Source of the DNA: Camelus ferus
Lineage: Eukaryota
Assembly: GCF_009834535.1 (NCBI RefSeq)
Contig: NC_045697.1
Location: 78,246,001-78,310,000 of the forward strand
Reading direction: 5' to 3'
Length of the DNA stretch: 64,000 nucleotides
The notes beneath the pieces are model-generated. The model did no database searches, was not told the DNA's origin, and worked only from the letters and a program-made list of their open reading frames with translations. The translations under genes were made by a program, and so were the position numbers. Every line of letters begins with the position of its first letter. Position 1 is the first letter of the stretch. Below are positions 50,403-62,978 of the stretch, in pieces.

Positions 50403-51619
50403 GACGGTCATTGACATGATTGTCTGTCATGGAGTTCAGAAAATAATTGTATGCCCTTTGATATTTCTTATAGTGCTATTTTAAAACCTTCTTTACTGCA
50501 ATCATTTGTCCCTTGAGAATAACCTCAGTCTTTTGTTTGTTTGATCCACCATATAAACTGCATGTCTCTAAAATAAAATATTTAAAAATAAGTTAACGAT
50601 GAATCAATGAATAGATAATTATGTTCCATTGTGGTAACTATGAGTGATACAAACATGTCAGAGAAAGTGAAATTAAGGTAAATACTTCCATATTCAGAGT
50701 CTATTTTAATTATCAACTGATATCAGTGTTTCTGGTAGTAAATCAAATAATCCTCTTTTTTTAATGTGGCATCTGAAAGTACAATGTGTAATAAAAAACA
50801 CTTCATGACTAAACTGTCAAAATAAAGTACTGGCAATGCTGAAGACTGTATTATGCTTGTATTATGTGGTAATTACTGCATGTACTTCCATGAAAGAAAG
50901 AAAAAGCAAGAGCAGTTCCAAATGGGGAGTTGCTGGCAATCTCAGGATATTTACTACAAGTCTGAATCCGACTCTCATTTTTGATGTTAGAAAATTAGAT
51001 TTCATTGTGTATTGGCTGATAGATTAAAAGGGGTTATAATCATGGCCAATAAAAACATGATTGAGAATGCTAATTCATTTATTTACAGAAGAAGAGGATA
51101 GCTATTTTCAGGGTCCTGATGGCTCATAGGACCCTTATTCAGGGCAAGCCAGGGACTTGAAAGTACCTAGATTTTAAACTTGTTGTCTGAATTTTACTTG
51201 GTGAGAAGCACCTAATCACAGGGCCATTTTACCCAGGCCTCAGTGGGAAGTGATAAAAGCACGTCCCCCATTATCAGAGAATATGTTTCTAATGCTAGAA
51301 TGTGTGTCTAGAAATCAGCACCAGTCTTCTCTTTTCCATCATTAGTATCTGAAATTCATGTTGGAAGCAGACACACCTTCTCCTGGTTGTATGCACACAT
51401 GTACTTTTTTTTCTTTAGATGTCCTCCTGTGTCTGATAAGTTTGAAAATATGTTCTTAACCATCGGAGGGTAGGGTTGCCAAACCGTGTGTCTTGATTTA
51501 ATAAATGGAGCTCTTGGAGGGCATCGTTTTTCATGTTTCCTGGTTTGTAGGAAGTACTGCCCAGCTGCTCATAGGTGCTGTTCCTGAATGCATGTTCTCA
51601 GGGCAACATTCAGCCATGA

Positions 51620-51775
51620 GTCAGGAAGAATTGGGCTCACCAGCCAGAAGACCTAGGTTCTAGATCAAGGATTGGATTTTATTACCTGTGTGACCTTGAT
51701 CAAATCACTTAATTTCTTCTCATCTGTGAAATGGAAGTTATAGTATCTTCCTCACGGAACTGTCATGATGACTGT
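51620..51775 (+). mobile_element. MIR SINE
   Basis: ccagaagacctaggttcta...ctgtgtgaccttgatcaaatcacttaa...ctcatctgtgaaatgg (MIR core). Confidence 0.85.
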
Positions 51776-51794
51776 TGCTTCCTAGTATTGCTCC

Positions 51795-53960
51795 TGGAGG
51801 TGGGGGAGGGGTCTGCCTTGCTCTCATGCTGCCTCCAGACAGTAAAGCACCACCCTCCCCTTTGAAAGGTTATTTCTCGGAGATTTACGCCATTCTATTA
51901 CACTGCTTCTACTCTTCCCTGCCCTGATCATCAACAGATCCCTGAGACCCTCATCTTAGCAACAATTTACAATTGTAAGTAGATCCTATCAACTAATTCA
52001 CTATTTATATCTCCTTCCAACACAACTTTTATCATAAGTCTTGGCGATTTCAATATCTACGCAGACAAAATTCCAATAGCTTAATTGCCTGGGTCCTTGA
52101 CCTCCTCATGTCTCAGGAGTTTGCCTTCCAGCCCACCCTCATTACTCTAGCTGTATCGTAGGCCTTGATATTTCAATTTTAATTTCAGTTTCAAGCACTC
52201 CAGTCTCAGGTCGCTGCCTGCTTTCTCCTGCCACCCCGTTCTCTCTCTCTTTAGTACCCGTACTAGAAAATTCCTTTCTCTCTTTTTCCACTTTGCCACT
52301 GTGCATCAAGCCCCTCACATCCCCACTTCCCTCCTTGCCCAGCTTAGAAGCTGCGCTCCTTGATCATGACGACTCCCTCCCTACCAGCTCTGCTCACTGG
52401 CTCCTCTCTTCTGCACCAATCTTGGCCTCACAAAACCCGAAGCCTGTAAGAATCAACTCTTCGCCCACCGTGCAGCTGCCCCCACAGCTGACTAGAGCTG
52501 AAGAAAGGCACACAGCCAGTTTCCAGTTTCTCATGTCTCTAAGTCCCTAACCACCAATCTCAAGGGTGCTCTTTGCGGGTTCTTGCAATCCTCCTTTACT
52601 TCCTCAGGTGTAACACTTCTCTCCTGCAAGCTTATTTAACATGTTTTTACCTTCACTTTAAACTCCCATGCTTTTTCTTCTGCTCTCTTTCAAAATATGC
52701 CTTTTCTTCTTATTTCACTGGAAAAACGGAAACGATTGAAAAGCAGCTTCTCTGTGCTTTTGTACAAATCTATCCACCCACACACATCTGGCCCCATACA
52801 TTCTGCCTTCCTCTGATTGCAAAGGTGAATTGTCTTTACTCCATGTAAGGCTGGCTCCTCTTTTGTGCATTCTTTTTCCCTTCCTGTTTTAAGGACATTG
52901 TTTCTGTGGCTGCCCTCTCAATTCTGAATCAAACGATCCCTCTCTTCAGGAACATCCCCGATATTACACAAACATGCTATAATGTCAGACGTTATAAAAG
53001 GTCTTTGTTTGATCCCACTATACTTCCAAACATCTCACCAGTCCTGTGCTAACTTTTCTAGAAAAAGCTCCTCAAAGATTATGTATAATCTCCTTCTACT
53101 TCCTTCCCCGTCCTCCCTTAAACACACTTTATTCTGGTTTCACCCCTATCCCCGCACAGGAAGAGCTTTTGTCATGTCTCCAAAGAGCTCCATGCTGCAA
53201 AATCCAATGATCACTTTCAAGTCCTTATTTCACTTACTTTGAAGCAGGTTTTAACACAGTTGATGACTTCCTCCTTCTTGAAACACACTTGACTCCGGGC
53301 ATACCACTCTTTTTGTAATCCTCCTGCCTCACTAGACGCTCCTTCTCAGCTTGTCACTCTGCATCTTCTCATCTCGACATGGGAGTGCTTCAGGGCCCCA
53401 TCTATGGACCTTTCCTATCGTCTCTATATGCTCAGTCTTTGGTGAACTCATCCAGTGCCTTAGTTCTAAATGACATTGATTCACTGTTGTTGGAATCATG
53501 TCCCTAGAATTCCAGACTTGAATATCTCACTACTTATTCAGTATATCCAAATGGATGTCTGATATGAACTTCAGATCTAATATGTCCACTCCAAATTACA
53601 TATTTCTCCCCAAATTCCACTTGCAAAACCCATTCCTTATGTAATCTTCTCCATCTCGGTAAACCAGAATTCCATTCCATCTTGGATAAAAAATTTTGAG
53701 CCTTTCTTGATATCTTCTTCTTTTCTCTTTCCTCACATCCCACATTTGACACAATTCTGTTGATTTTACTTTGAAGTTTTGTTTAGAATCTGATCACTTT
53801 TCACTCGCTCCACTGCTGGTACTTTAGTCCAAGTTATCACCATCTCCTACCTGGTTGCTTTCAGTTGCCTAATGGTTTCCTTGTTTCTACCTCATGTCTC
53901 TATAGTCTATTTGCGACTGAAGCTAGAAATATCCCATTAAAATGCAAGTCATAGATGATG
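51795..53960 (+). mobile_element. long L2 LINE remnant (about 2.2 kb, ORF2 body)
   Basis: Colinear L2: ggaggtgggggaggggtctgccttgctctcatgctgcctccagac, cttggcgatttcaatatc, ttatttcactggaaaaa, aacacagttgatgacttcctccttcttgaaacact, ggagtgcttcagggc, aatatgtcc, ctcctacctggttgct. Confidence 0.9.
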
Positions 53961-53965
53961 CCCCA

Positions 53966-54184
53966 TAAAGGGGGTGGTAAATTAGGAGTTTGGGATTAGC
54001 AGGTACTAACTACTATATATAAAATAGAGAAATGGCAAGGTCCTACTGTATAGCATATATAACTACATTTGATATCTTGTAATAACCTATAATGAAAAAA
54101 ATGTGTATATATAATGGAATCACCATGTTGTACACCAGAAACTAACACGACATTGTAAATTAAACTACTTCAATAAAATAAAAA
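53966..54184 (+). mobile_element. cetartiodactyl-type L1 3' end (L1_Art-like), about 220 bp
   Basis: taaattaggagtttgggattagcag...caaggtcctactgtatagca...tcttgtaataacctataatg...tgtacaccagaaactaacac...cttcaataaaa, followed by a short A tail. Confidence 0.88.
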
Positions 54185-54189
54185 CCACT

Positions 54190-55230
54190 GTTTTTATATT
54201 TCTATTATTTCTTTGAGAATTTCCTACCTTTTTTGTCCCTATTAGTATTGTGCTAGTAATCTTGAATTGGCCCTTTCATATTTTGTTTTTTCTTTCATAT
54301 TTAGAATCTTACGTTTTTCTCTATAATCTTGCACATTTCCTTGACTGTTATTTCCTTGTCTTTTAATTGAAATTTTTCATTTCAGAGACCATATTTCACT
54401 CCCCACAAGCTTTCTCTTATAATTGTGTAATTTCCTTTATATAGCTTCCTATTCTTGTTTTGTGAGTGTAAAGTTTTCTTGAACCTCCATGAGTGTGTTA
54501 ATTATAATTCATTAAATGGTCTCTTCTATCTTTGAATCACATGTTTAAGTTTTTTTTTATAAATTTATAGAGATCCTTCTCTTCTATGCTGTTCATTTTT
54601 CTTATTTGTATGAAAACACTTAGTTATCTGTTTATGTTTAAAAAAGAAGTATTGGTCAGTTGGCATGATTTCTTCTGCTAATAGGTAAATAATTCGGTGT
54701 GTGGCTACAAATTATTGACTGGCAGGCTTAGTTTTTAGTTCAGTGAGCAGAGAGCGGCTGTCAGGTCTCAGGGCTCTCAAAAGTCAAAACAAAGAAGGCT
54801 TTATTCACGGCAGTAGCTTTCACACTAGAAACCTTGCCTTAACCCGAGAGGTCCACTGAAACTTGTCAGAGAAGAATCCCCAGGGAATTTCACATAGAAG
54901 AGATACACTCTGAATTTTGGAAATTCTGCCATTTGGAGGTGCAGATTGGTGAACTGTTCCATGTACAGGTCTTCACTTAACATCCCTGTTTTCACCCTCC
55001 TTATTGTTTGCTCTGGACGTAACTTCTGGGCTTCCCAGTGGCACATGGCTCCCACCTCCCTTTCATTATAATCCTTCACAGCAGGTCTTGGGCTCAAATG
55101 TCCTCATATAGTTTCGGCCACTCATTAGCTTTCATAACTCTTTGAGTTTCAGAAATGAGTCACAATTTTTTGTCCCCTGGCGACTCAAAACTTTCTCCAC
55201 TTTCAATCTCTTTCTGGTTACGAGATTTTT
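54190..55230 (-). mobile_element. old L1/HAL1-like 5'/ORF1 region, decayed
   Basis: T-rich antisense pattern with tatagcttcctattcttgtttt...ttaattata. Family and right boundary uncertain. Confidence 0.5.
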
Positions 55231-57191
55231 ATTTGTATTTCTTACAGCTCTACAACATACAATGCATGGCTAGGTCTGTACATGGAAGAAATGGCTCTAT
55301 CTGTTTATATGTGGCAAATTCTGTCACTGTTGTAACTATTGAGATCATCATATTTTTCTTTGTAGCTTTCCATTTGGGTGAACATGATACGATCCTATTG
55401 GGTCTATACCAATTAAAAGAACAAGGTCCCTTGTGTCTAAATGGAAATCCATTTTCACAAAGAGAACCATATTTACTATAGTCAGTATTAAAATTCATAT
55501 GAAGGTGAAATTGGATGAGCAGGACTTCAGTTCAACGGTGTTTGGTGAAAATATTCATTCTCTGTGGAACATAGTGAAATGTGTTAAGTAAATAAAAGGT
55601 CTTGTTTTCCTTTAGTGGCATTATGATGATTACTTACTATGGGGCATTTTCATCACTAACACATGTTTGTTGCTTTTTGATTTGTTAAGTGTATATGATT
55701 CAGCATCATTTTCTCTAACACAAGATGACGAGAAAACCCTCAGACCACAATGGTTTCTGCTGGGATATCTTCTCAAAGTATTTGCATTTGTCAACAAAGG
55801 GTGGCATATTAAAGAAAAAAAGTAGGAGAGACTTTTTCCTCATAATAAAGTGTAAGTAACTCATAAATATTCTCCAAAATAACTACCACAGTTCAGTTTT
55901 CCTTAGAAAAGTTTTGTGACGTTGAAGGAAATTTTCGTTTTTGTTCTTTTTCCATTTTTTAACATTTAGACTATCAGCATATACTTTCTTTGAGGAAATT
56001 GCATTTCGTTATTCACTACTAATTTGAATTGACAGCATATGTTTACTCTAATTACAAGTTACTTCTCTAAACATCGATGGTCAGCATATCTCAGCATCTT
56101 GAAATGTAGATAAACCCAAATGAATTGGAAAATTTTAGATACAGGTTAGCCTCCTCTCACATCTTTTCAATATTATTTAGGTGACTGAGACATTTAAATT
56201 ATCTTAATTTAAAGTTTCCTTAATGTTCATTTCACCCAGTCAGGTACGTCTCAGACCCTTCTTAGACTCCTGAGTGTTCCTTGCCAGGTGGTCAGTTCTC
56301 TGGGTCCTACAGAAGAAGTCTTATTAACCTGGACGCCCAGACATTTGCCTCCCTGGGCTACTTTCTACTTCCCCAGGGCAGGAGATGGTCAGGCATGCAT
56401 GGGGGACTTGAGACCTGTAGTCCTTTTGCTCTCCAAAATGTTACAGATTAAGTGAAATGATTTAAAAACTCTGGTGTGGGTTTTCAATACCATGGCCATA
56501 TATAACTTTATTTTAGACATTGATACAACCAAAGTTCAGGAACAAGCTGAACTTCTGTGCTTCACTTTATATTATATCACATAATATATGTTACATATTA
56601 GACTTTCATAAGAAAACATTGACACTGAATGCAGTGTTATAATGTATATTTCTTATGTTGCCATTTTTCTGCATTCATATTTTAATGCAGAAAATCCCTT
56701 TCTAATCCCTTTCTTGGGAAGAAGAAAGCTTTGTTCTGATATTATGTTCTTAATTTGGGGAATTAAAATACCACATGCTCTTTTGTTTATAAAAGGGTGA
56801 TCGGGGTAGATGGTAGTTTTTATTTCTGTTTATTGTAATGCTATTTTGTAATAACATTAAAAATGACAACTCAATATGAGACTATCTCTTTTCCTTTAAT
56901 CTGTCATTTGCAAGCATGGCAAAGTATGCATATGTTGGTAGTCAAAGTCCAAGTGACTTGTCCAGCATTCTTAGGATTCTTTCCTTCCCTTAAATTTCCT
57001 CCTGCAGTTCCAAAAAGCAGACATGAAGCACTCTTCTATATTTCTTGAGTGCCTGTTTGGGGCCTGGTGTCTGTGCATCCTATCTGATGACATTTAGTCA
57101 CTCTAATTTAAGGTGGCTAGGAGATCTGGGAAGCATTTTGTGCTGTAGGATGGGTTCATGGGTCTTATATATATGCATATAAAACCCATGA

Positions 57192-57192
<1 letters not shown>

Positions 57193-57236
<44 letters not shown>
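57193..57236. repeat. (TCTA)11 tetranucleotide microsatellite
   Basis: 11 perfect TCTA units. Confidence 0.98.
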
Positions 57237-60200
57237 ATCTTCCAATTCAATTCATTGTTCTTGCTATCTTTCTTATGTTGTCTTCCTACCTTTTTCTTCC
57301 TCATTACTTTGAAGAGCTCCAGAATATCAGGAAAGCAATTCTCACTCTTTTGTAACTAGATTCCCACCCTAGGTTTAATTTTTTTTTTTTTTTCCAGTTG
57401 AGTCACTACTGGATTTCTAGGAGTCAAAGTGGTATATTATGGTAAGTGTAAAATATTTCTAATTAAATTTTCATTTTGAACGATTCTATGAATATAAAAA
57501 GCAATTGTTTTTACATTCAGATTCAAAGTTATCAAATCTGACAGGGTAACAGATTACAAAAATCTACTCAACTTCATATTCAGTGGACAGTGATTGGACC
57601 CAATGTTGGCTCATTAGCTAGGACTCTGATCTCTAGTTCAAAACCTCATTTGAGAAGTCTTGTACTAATAGACCCACTCTGAGGTCTTTGCATCTAAGAT
57701 TCTGTACTTGGATTGTGTCCTCTGCTTTCTCATCAGCCCCCATTCTTAAGTAGTTGAGCTTCTGCATTTTGTACCAGTGGAAGCTTCTGAGTGGTTCCCA
57801 AAAGAGACATAGGCAAATCTCCCTGCGATATCTATTCCAGAGATCACAGAGGCATGGGAAACTGAGACGAATGTCTACAGAAATGAGACAAGATCATAAA
57901 ATGATTGTGAAACAGACATAGAAAGTATTTTCAGCCGTTGACCCCACTCAAAAATCCGGTAGCATCTGGTGACTGAAGTACATATCCAGTCTGCAAACCC
58001 CAGAGGGAAAGAGTAAATCCTCTCTTTCGGTTCAGATGCCTGAACCCCTGGACCCTACAATTGTCTGCTCAGCTGTCTTCGGCAGTTCCTCACCTTGGAA
58101 ACTGAGTAAAGTTTGTACCAGGTGTATCAAGTTGGTCTTCCACACCATTAGCACAAAGGAAGTTATTAACTTGTATACATTGTTTATCCATTTGATTGTT
58201 CTATTTAACATTAATTATAAATAAATGAATTAAAATATAGTTTCCTTAAGAGTTTTTTTTTTTTTAAGACTTTAATAAAGACGTCTTCTCTACTGTTTCA
58301 TAGCAGTGATAAAGCTCCCAGGGTAGATGGTGCCACATGGGACAGGTATTATTAAGCTTGCATGTGTGATGCTGCTATCTTTTTATCTATCGATCATTTT
58401 TCTCCTTTAAAGAGAACTGCTATATTAAGTAAGCTAATAAAAAAAGGCATAGCTCTATTTTCTAAAAAGCAAGAAAGGAGTCAGCAGCTCCCCACTATGC
58501 CTTAGATATTAGCAATAAAACAGCACCTTGCTCATGACACTCATCTCCATCTTTTAAGTGAGATACATCACCAAGTACAAGAAAGGGCTCTCAGCCCCTG
58601 AGACCACATGCTTAATGTTTTCAGAGATATAATATAATATAAATGCCGTTTGGTATTTGACATGTTTATTTAAAAAATGCACCAGATTTTAACAAGTGAG
58701 TTCCTGGACTAGATGATCTCTAATAATGCTTCCAGGCCTTCAGTTTTATGTGTTTATGTGACATTGCTAATACAGACTTTCATGTGTCTCTGATTCAAAA
58801 TTATCTTGTTAGGACTCTGACTGTTTTTAAAAGTATGCAGTCGCCCCAGAGAGGTTGTATCAGCTTTTTAAATAAACTACCCAGCAACCAAAATTTACAT
58901 TCTGTTGGTAAATTTGCCAGGAAGACCATTTCACTTGTTTATATTATGTCATAATCCCTGTTTTTCCTCATTCACAGTTTATTACAAAATATCACTTCAG
59001 GGCATTTGTATGTGGTGCTGGAATCAGTGGATATCACTGTGCAGGGCTAATACATCTAACCTCTCTGCCAGACTTTGGAAATCAATGTTCATTTCACGCT
59101 GCACCCCCGCCTCCCCGGTACTGCTCAACAAATACCAATGCCAAGAGAGATGACCCCTTTTAATTCCTTAATATAGGCCACAGTTCTCTTTGATTTATAG
59201 ACGACTGGTAGTCTATTTATAAAATATGTATCTGCAAGATGCAGTTTATGAGAAACTTGGCTTTGGGGACACATTAATTCTAACTGCAGATGCAACTTTC
59301 ATGTTTTATAATCTGACCCTGACAGCTGTAATTTCAGATTAAAGATTTTTCATTCACATTCCCATCCTGATTGCTCTGCACGGTCCTTATATTACCTTAT
59401 TGTCAATAGCAAGTGTTCACTCTATTGGGAGTCATTTAATAACCAGCTGCCATTTAAAGTGTGGACCGAACATTTGTCTCAGCCAGGCCCTCTCTAGTAG
59501 AGTTCCTCAGCATACGGAGCTGGGACCTCTTCAAGAAAAACAACAGCTGGCCTTCACTATTGTCCTGTCTTTTCCTTCTTCGTGGTGGCTAGTTAAAATA
59601 AACATGGACACTCTTGGTGTATTTCTGAATGCATTTGCGAGTTTGTTGTTTTAGTAACCAAATCGTCCTCTCCATCAGTCCCTCATCCCCAATCCCTTAT
59701 CCCACCCTGACCCCCATCGACTTTGGGTCGGGCTTTCGTTCTTTTCTGAGTTCCATAAATGTATATTCCTCTTCAAGTCACTTGCATTTGTTACTGAGAA
59801 TCGATCAACCAAGACTGAAGGTTTAGTGGACATCGTAAAACATCTTCTTTTTGGCAGGCTAATATATCTGTTTTTACAGATTATGTTTGTCAGTGATGAT
59901 ATTGTAATTAAAATACTATTAATGATAAAAATAAGACAATTTTCTGGAAACATAATTATAAATCTTGGCTTGTCTATAAAATCTTTGAGATTCATGCTTG
60001 ATATATGAAAATGCATTCATGATTGGTAATGTTTTTATTTAGTGTCTACCTTTAAATTTCCTTAACTTGACAGCTGGGGATTAGCTTCTTCAGCAGGCAG
60101 TGGAGAAGGAAATAAAAACGAAAAGCAAAGGAAAGCTTTAAAAAAAAACAGACCCTTTCATGGCTAATTAAGCCAGAATACAAATCAATCATTGGAAATA

Positions 60201-61698
60201 AGTGATGAATTTTTTATGCTTGTAAGCTTACTGTACCCTGTAGTGTTTGCTATACACTGAAATTACAATTCCCATCAGCTTATAGGGTAATCGTTTACCT
60301 TAAGCTTTACCTTTATCTATCATATTGATCTGAGACTCTCAGGGAAGGAAAGGAAGGCGGGTGGTCGTAGTAAGTACAAGGAGTAAAAATGTCCCAGCTG
60401 AGAAACATTGGGACCTCAGTCTTTATTTATGTACTTTTCTCATTTCATTTTAACTCTTAGGAAGTACCTCAGTCCTAAGTCCTCAGGCAAATGTAGTCAT
60501 AGTAAGTAGGGGAGGGAGTGGTGGCCCTTGCAGGAGCCATATGGTGGTGGACTGAGTGGCTGACTCTCCAATGAGTTACGTCCCAGTTACCTGCTCCCTA
60601 GCTTAACACCAACTATGCGTTAGGTTTTGGACTGTACCATCAACGGTTATGGGGAAACGGTTGCAATGTAAGAGTCATACTACAATATTAAAGTGTTAAA
60701 TTAAGGTTGATATTCTTTTTTTCTGATTATTTTCTAATAGTTGAGTTCTCAGCCACATCTAGGTGTAATTTATTTTCTGGGTAGGCTATAATAACACATT
60801 TTTTTCCTGGAGCATCAGGCTGACTTTTCACATAATGACAGGGTTTTTCTTTCTACAAATGTCACATGCGTATCACAAGGGGTCATTTAGACCTCTAAAC
60901 TGGCTCTTGATTTTTGCACTGAGAAAATATGACAGCACACTAAGTTTCTAATATAAAAATATGTTGACTTTAGGAATATATATATACACGTAGAAATGTC
61001 TAAAAATTTTGTCAAAGAAAGAACATGAACTGTTTCATAGACATGAGGTAAGATGTAAGGAAGTGACTGACTAAAACTAAATGAATGACAACAAAACTCA
61101 AAATACGATCACATCCACTTAGTAAAAGAGAACCGCAGACCTAAACGTTCCCTCTTGCCCAAGTGACTCACAGACTGGCTCTTACAAGTAAATGTGACTT
61201 CTCTAGAGCCAAAGTAAGTGCTGTAACCGAGCTCTTGAACTCTCCACCCTTGGAGATCCTCACGTCTCTGACCCACCCTCAGCCTGGTGGTGCTGCCCTG
61301 GGGTTTCCAGGCCTTCTCCTGGCTGTCTTCGTGCACTTCATGTGTTAGCCACTCTCAGAGTGAAAGAGCATCATCCAAAACTCGGCCCAGCTCTCCGACT
61401 GTCATTATCTGAGGGCAGCAGTAAAGGATTAGGCCAGCTGCATCCCCCAGGAGAGCCTGGGGCCTGAAACATCTGCATTTCAAATACAGCTCGAGATGAA
61501 TAATAAATCGAGATGTCTCTGCCTTAAATTGGAAAAGAGGTCCCATGACTAATCATGCCTAGAAGAGCACTAGTCTTAGAGTTTAGGAAAAAAAATTAAG
61601 GCATCTTCATTGTCCGCCTCTGCCCTTTAGCACATACCTGCAGATGGCTGAATACAATTGAGAAAGCAGTTGTTTTAAGAAAGGCCACGGATACTTAC

Positions 61699-61793
61699 CT
61701 TCAGTTTCCCCCCTTGTTTCATTAAAAAGAAAAAAACCAAAACAAGTTATTATTCAAAAAAATAAAGCAGGGAGAGTGCAGCACAGAAAAATC
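61699..61793 (-). other. candidate exon (95 nt) with strong splice sites
   Basis: Minus strand: cttaat branch-like motif, then ctgtgttgtttgtctgcctgtttctag|GATTTTTC (AG at 61795-61794). Donor CTGAAG|gtaagtat is a consensus match (GT at 61698-61697). Confidence 0.45.
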
Positions 61794-62436
61794 CTAGAAA
61801 CAGGCAGACAAACAACACAGAAGTGGAATAAAAAATTAAGAAGGACCAGGCCTCAGGGTGCTGGCTGTCGCCCTGTTTACTATAAACAAAGTAGGGAGGC
61901 CTCTGGAAGCTAATGGGCCTGTTGATTGGTATTTACTCATCCCAACAGGATCTGGTTTCTGATAATCTAGGACTCCTGCGTTTTGATGAGTGTAGGCTGC
62001 TGGAGAACTAGTAAAGCCCACTGAAAGGATGGGGAGAGAGGCTTGTAAGCGCTTCGTGGCTAGGTTGAGCTGAAAGACTGTTTATTTAGAATTCCTCCCA
62101 AGTCCTCTAGGACCCTAGCAAGGGCTGCAGAAGTCAAATTCCCCAAAGCCCTGTGTATCTTTGTCGAAGTATCTGGTTGATGAAAGACTAACTAAGAAAT
62201 CTACAACATTCTTTAAAGGAGAACAGGGCGTTTTATCTCACATTTGTTTTTTCCTTTAATACAGTGAGCTTTGATTGAGCATCATTTAAACACAAGCCAT
62301 TTCAAGTCGAACCTGGATAAGTACAATTCTTCACATTTTCTCTAATAGTACATTTTTTCAGGAAAAAAATCAAATGTAATTCATGCTTTTTGACATGTTA
62401 GTATTCTTTGCTTTCATGAGGCTTCTAGGTTTAAGA

Positions 62437-62978
62437 TTTTATTTTTCCTGAAGTTTTATTCAGATATAATTGATATAAAGCATTGTATTAGTTTAAAGTG
62501 TACAACATAATGAATTGATACTTGCAAATATTGCAAAATGATCACCACAAAAACTTTAGTCAATATCCATCACTTCATGTAGTTACAATTTTTTTCTTCT
62601 CATGAGCTCTTTTAAGATCTACTCTTTTGGGATGAGGGTATTGCTCAGTATAGAGCGCGTGCTTAGCATGCACGAGGTCCTGGGTTTAATCCCTAGTGCC
62701 TCTGTTAAATAAATAAGTAAAAAATTTAATTACCTCTCCCCCAAAATTTAAAAACAAAAACAAACAAACAAAAGAGGTCTACACTTAGCAACTTTCAAAT
62801 GTACAATACAGTATTGTTAACTATAGTCATGCTGTACATTATATCCCCAGAACATTTATTTTATAACTAGAAGTTATAAGGACCTCCTTCACTCATTTCC
62901 TCTACCCCGGTCCCCCACCTCTGGCAACCACTGATCTGTTCTCTGTTCTATGAATTCAGTTTAGATTCCACATATAAA
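62437..62978 (-). mobile_element. L1 3' end (L1MA9-like), interrupted by a SINE
   Basis: ttttattcagatataattga...gtacaacataatga...aaatgatcaccacaa...taagatctactct [SINE] tagcaactttcaaat...tgttaactatagtca...cctctggcaaccact...tagattccacatataa. Confidence 0.92.
62629..62774 (+). mobile_element. tRNA-Ala-derived SINE of the camelid vic-1 type
   Basis: Head gagggtattgctcagtatagagcgcgtgcttagcatgcacgaggtcctgggtttaatccctagtgcctc matches tRNA-Ala(AGC). It is followed by aaataaataa...taattacctctcccc, an A-rich tail and imperfect target-site duplications. Confidence 0.9.

Noticed and set aside
51939..51951. tccctgagaccct, identical to the first 13 nt of miR-125
   Set aside because: The match ends there, there is no complementary arm, and it lies inside an L2 relic.
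62634..62703. Apparent tRNA-Ala(AGC) gene
   Set aside because: The B box reads GTTTAA instead of GTTCGA, the D-loop GG is lost, and a SINE body, A tail and target-site duplication follow. It is a SINE head.
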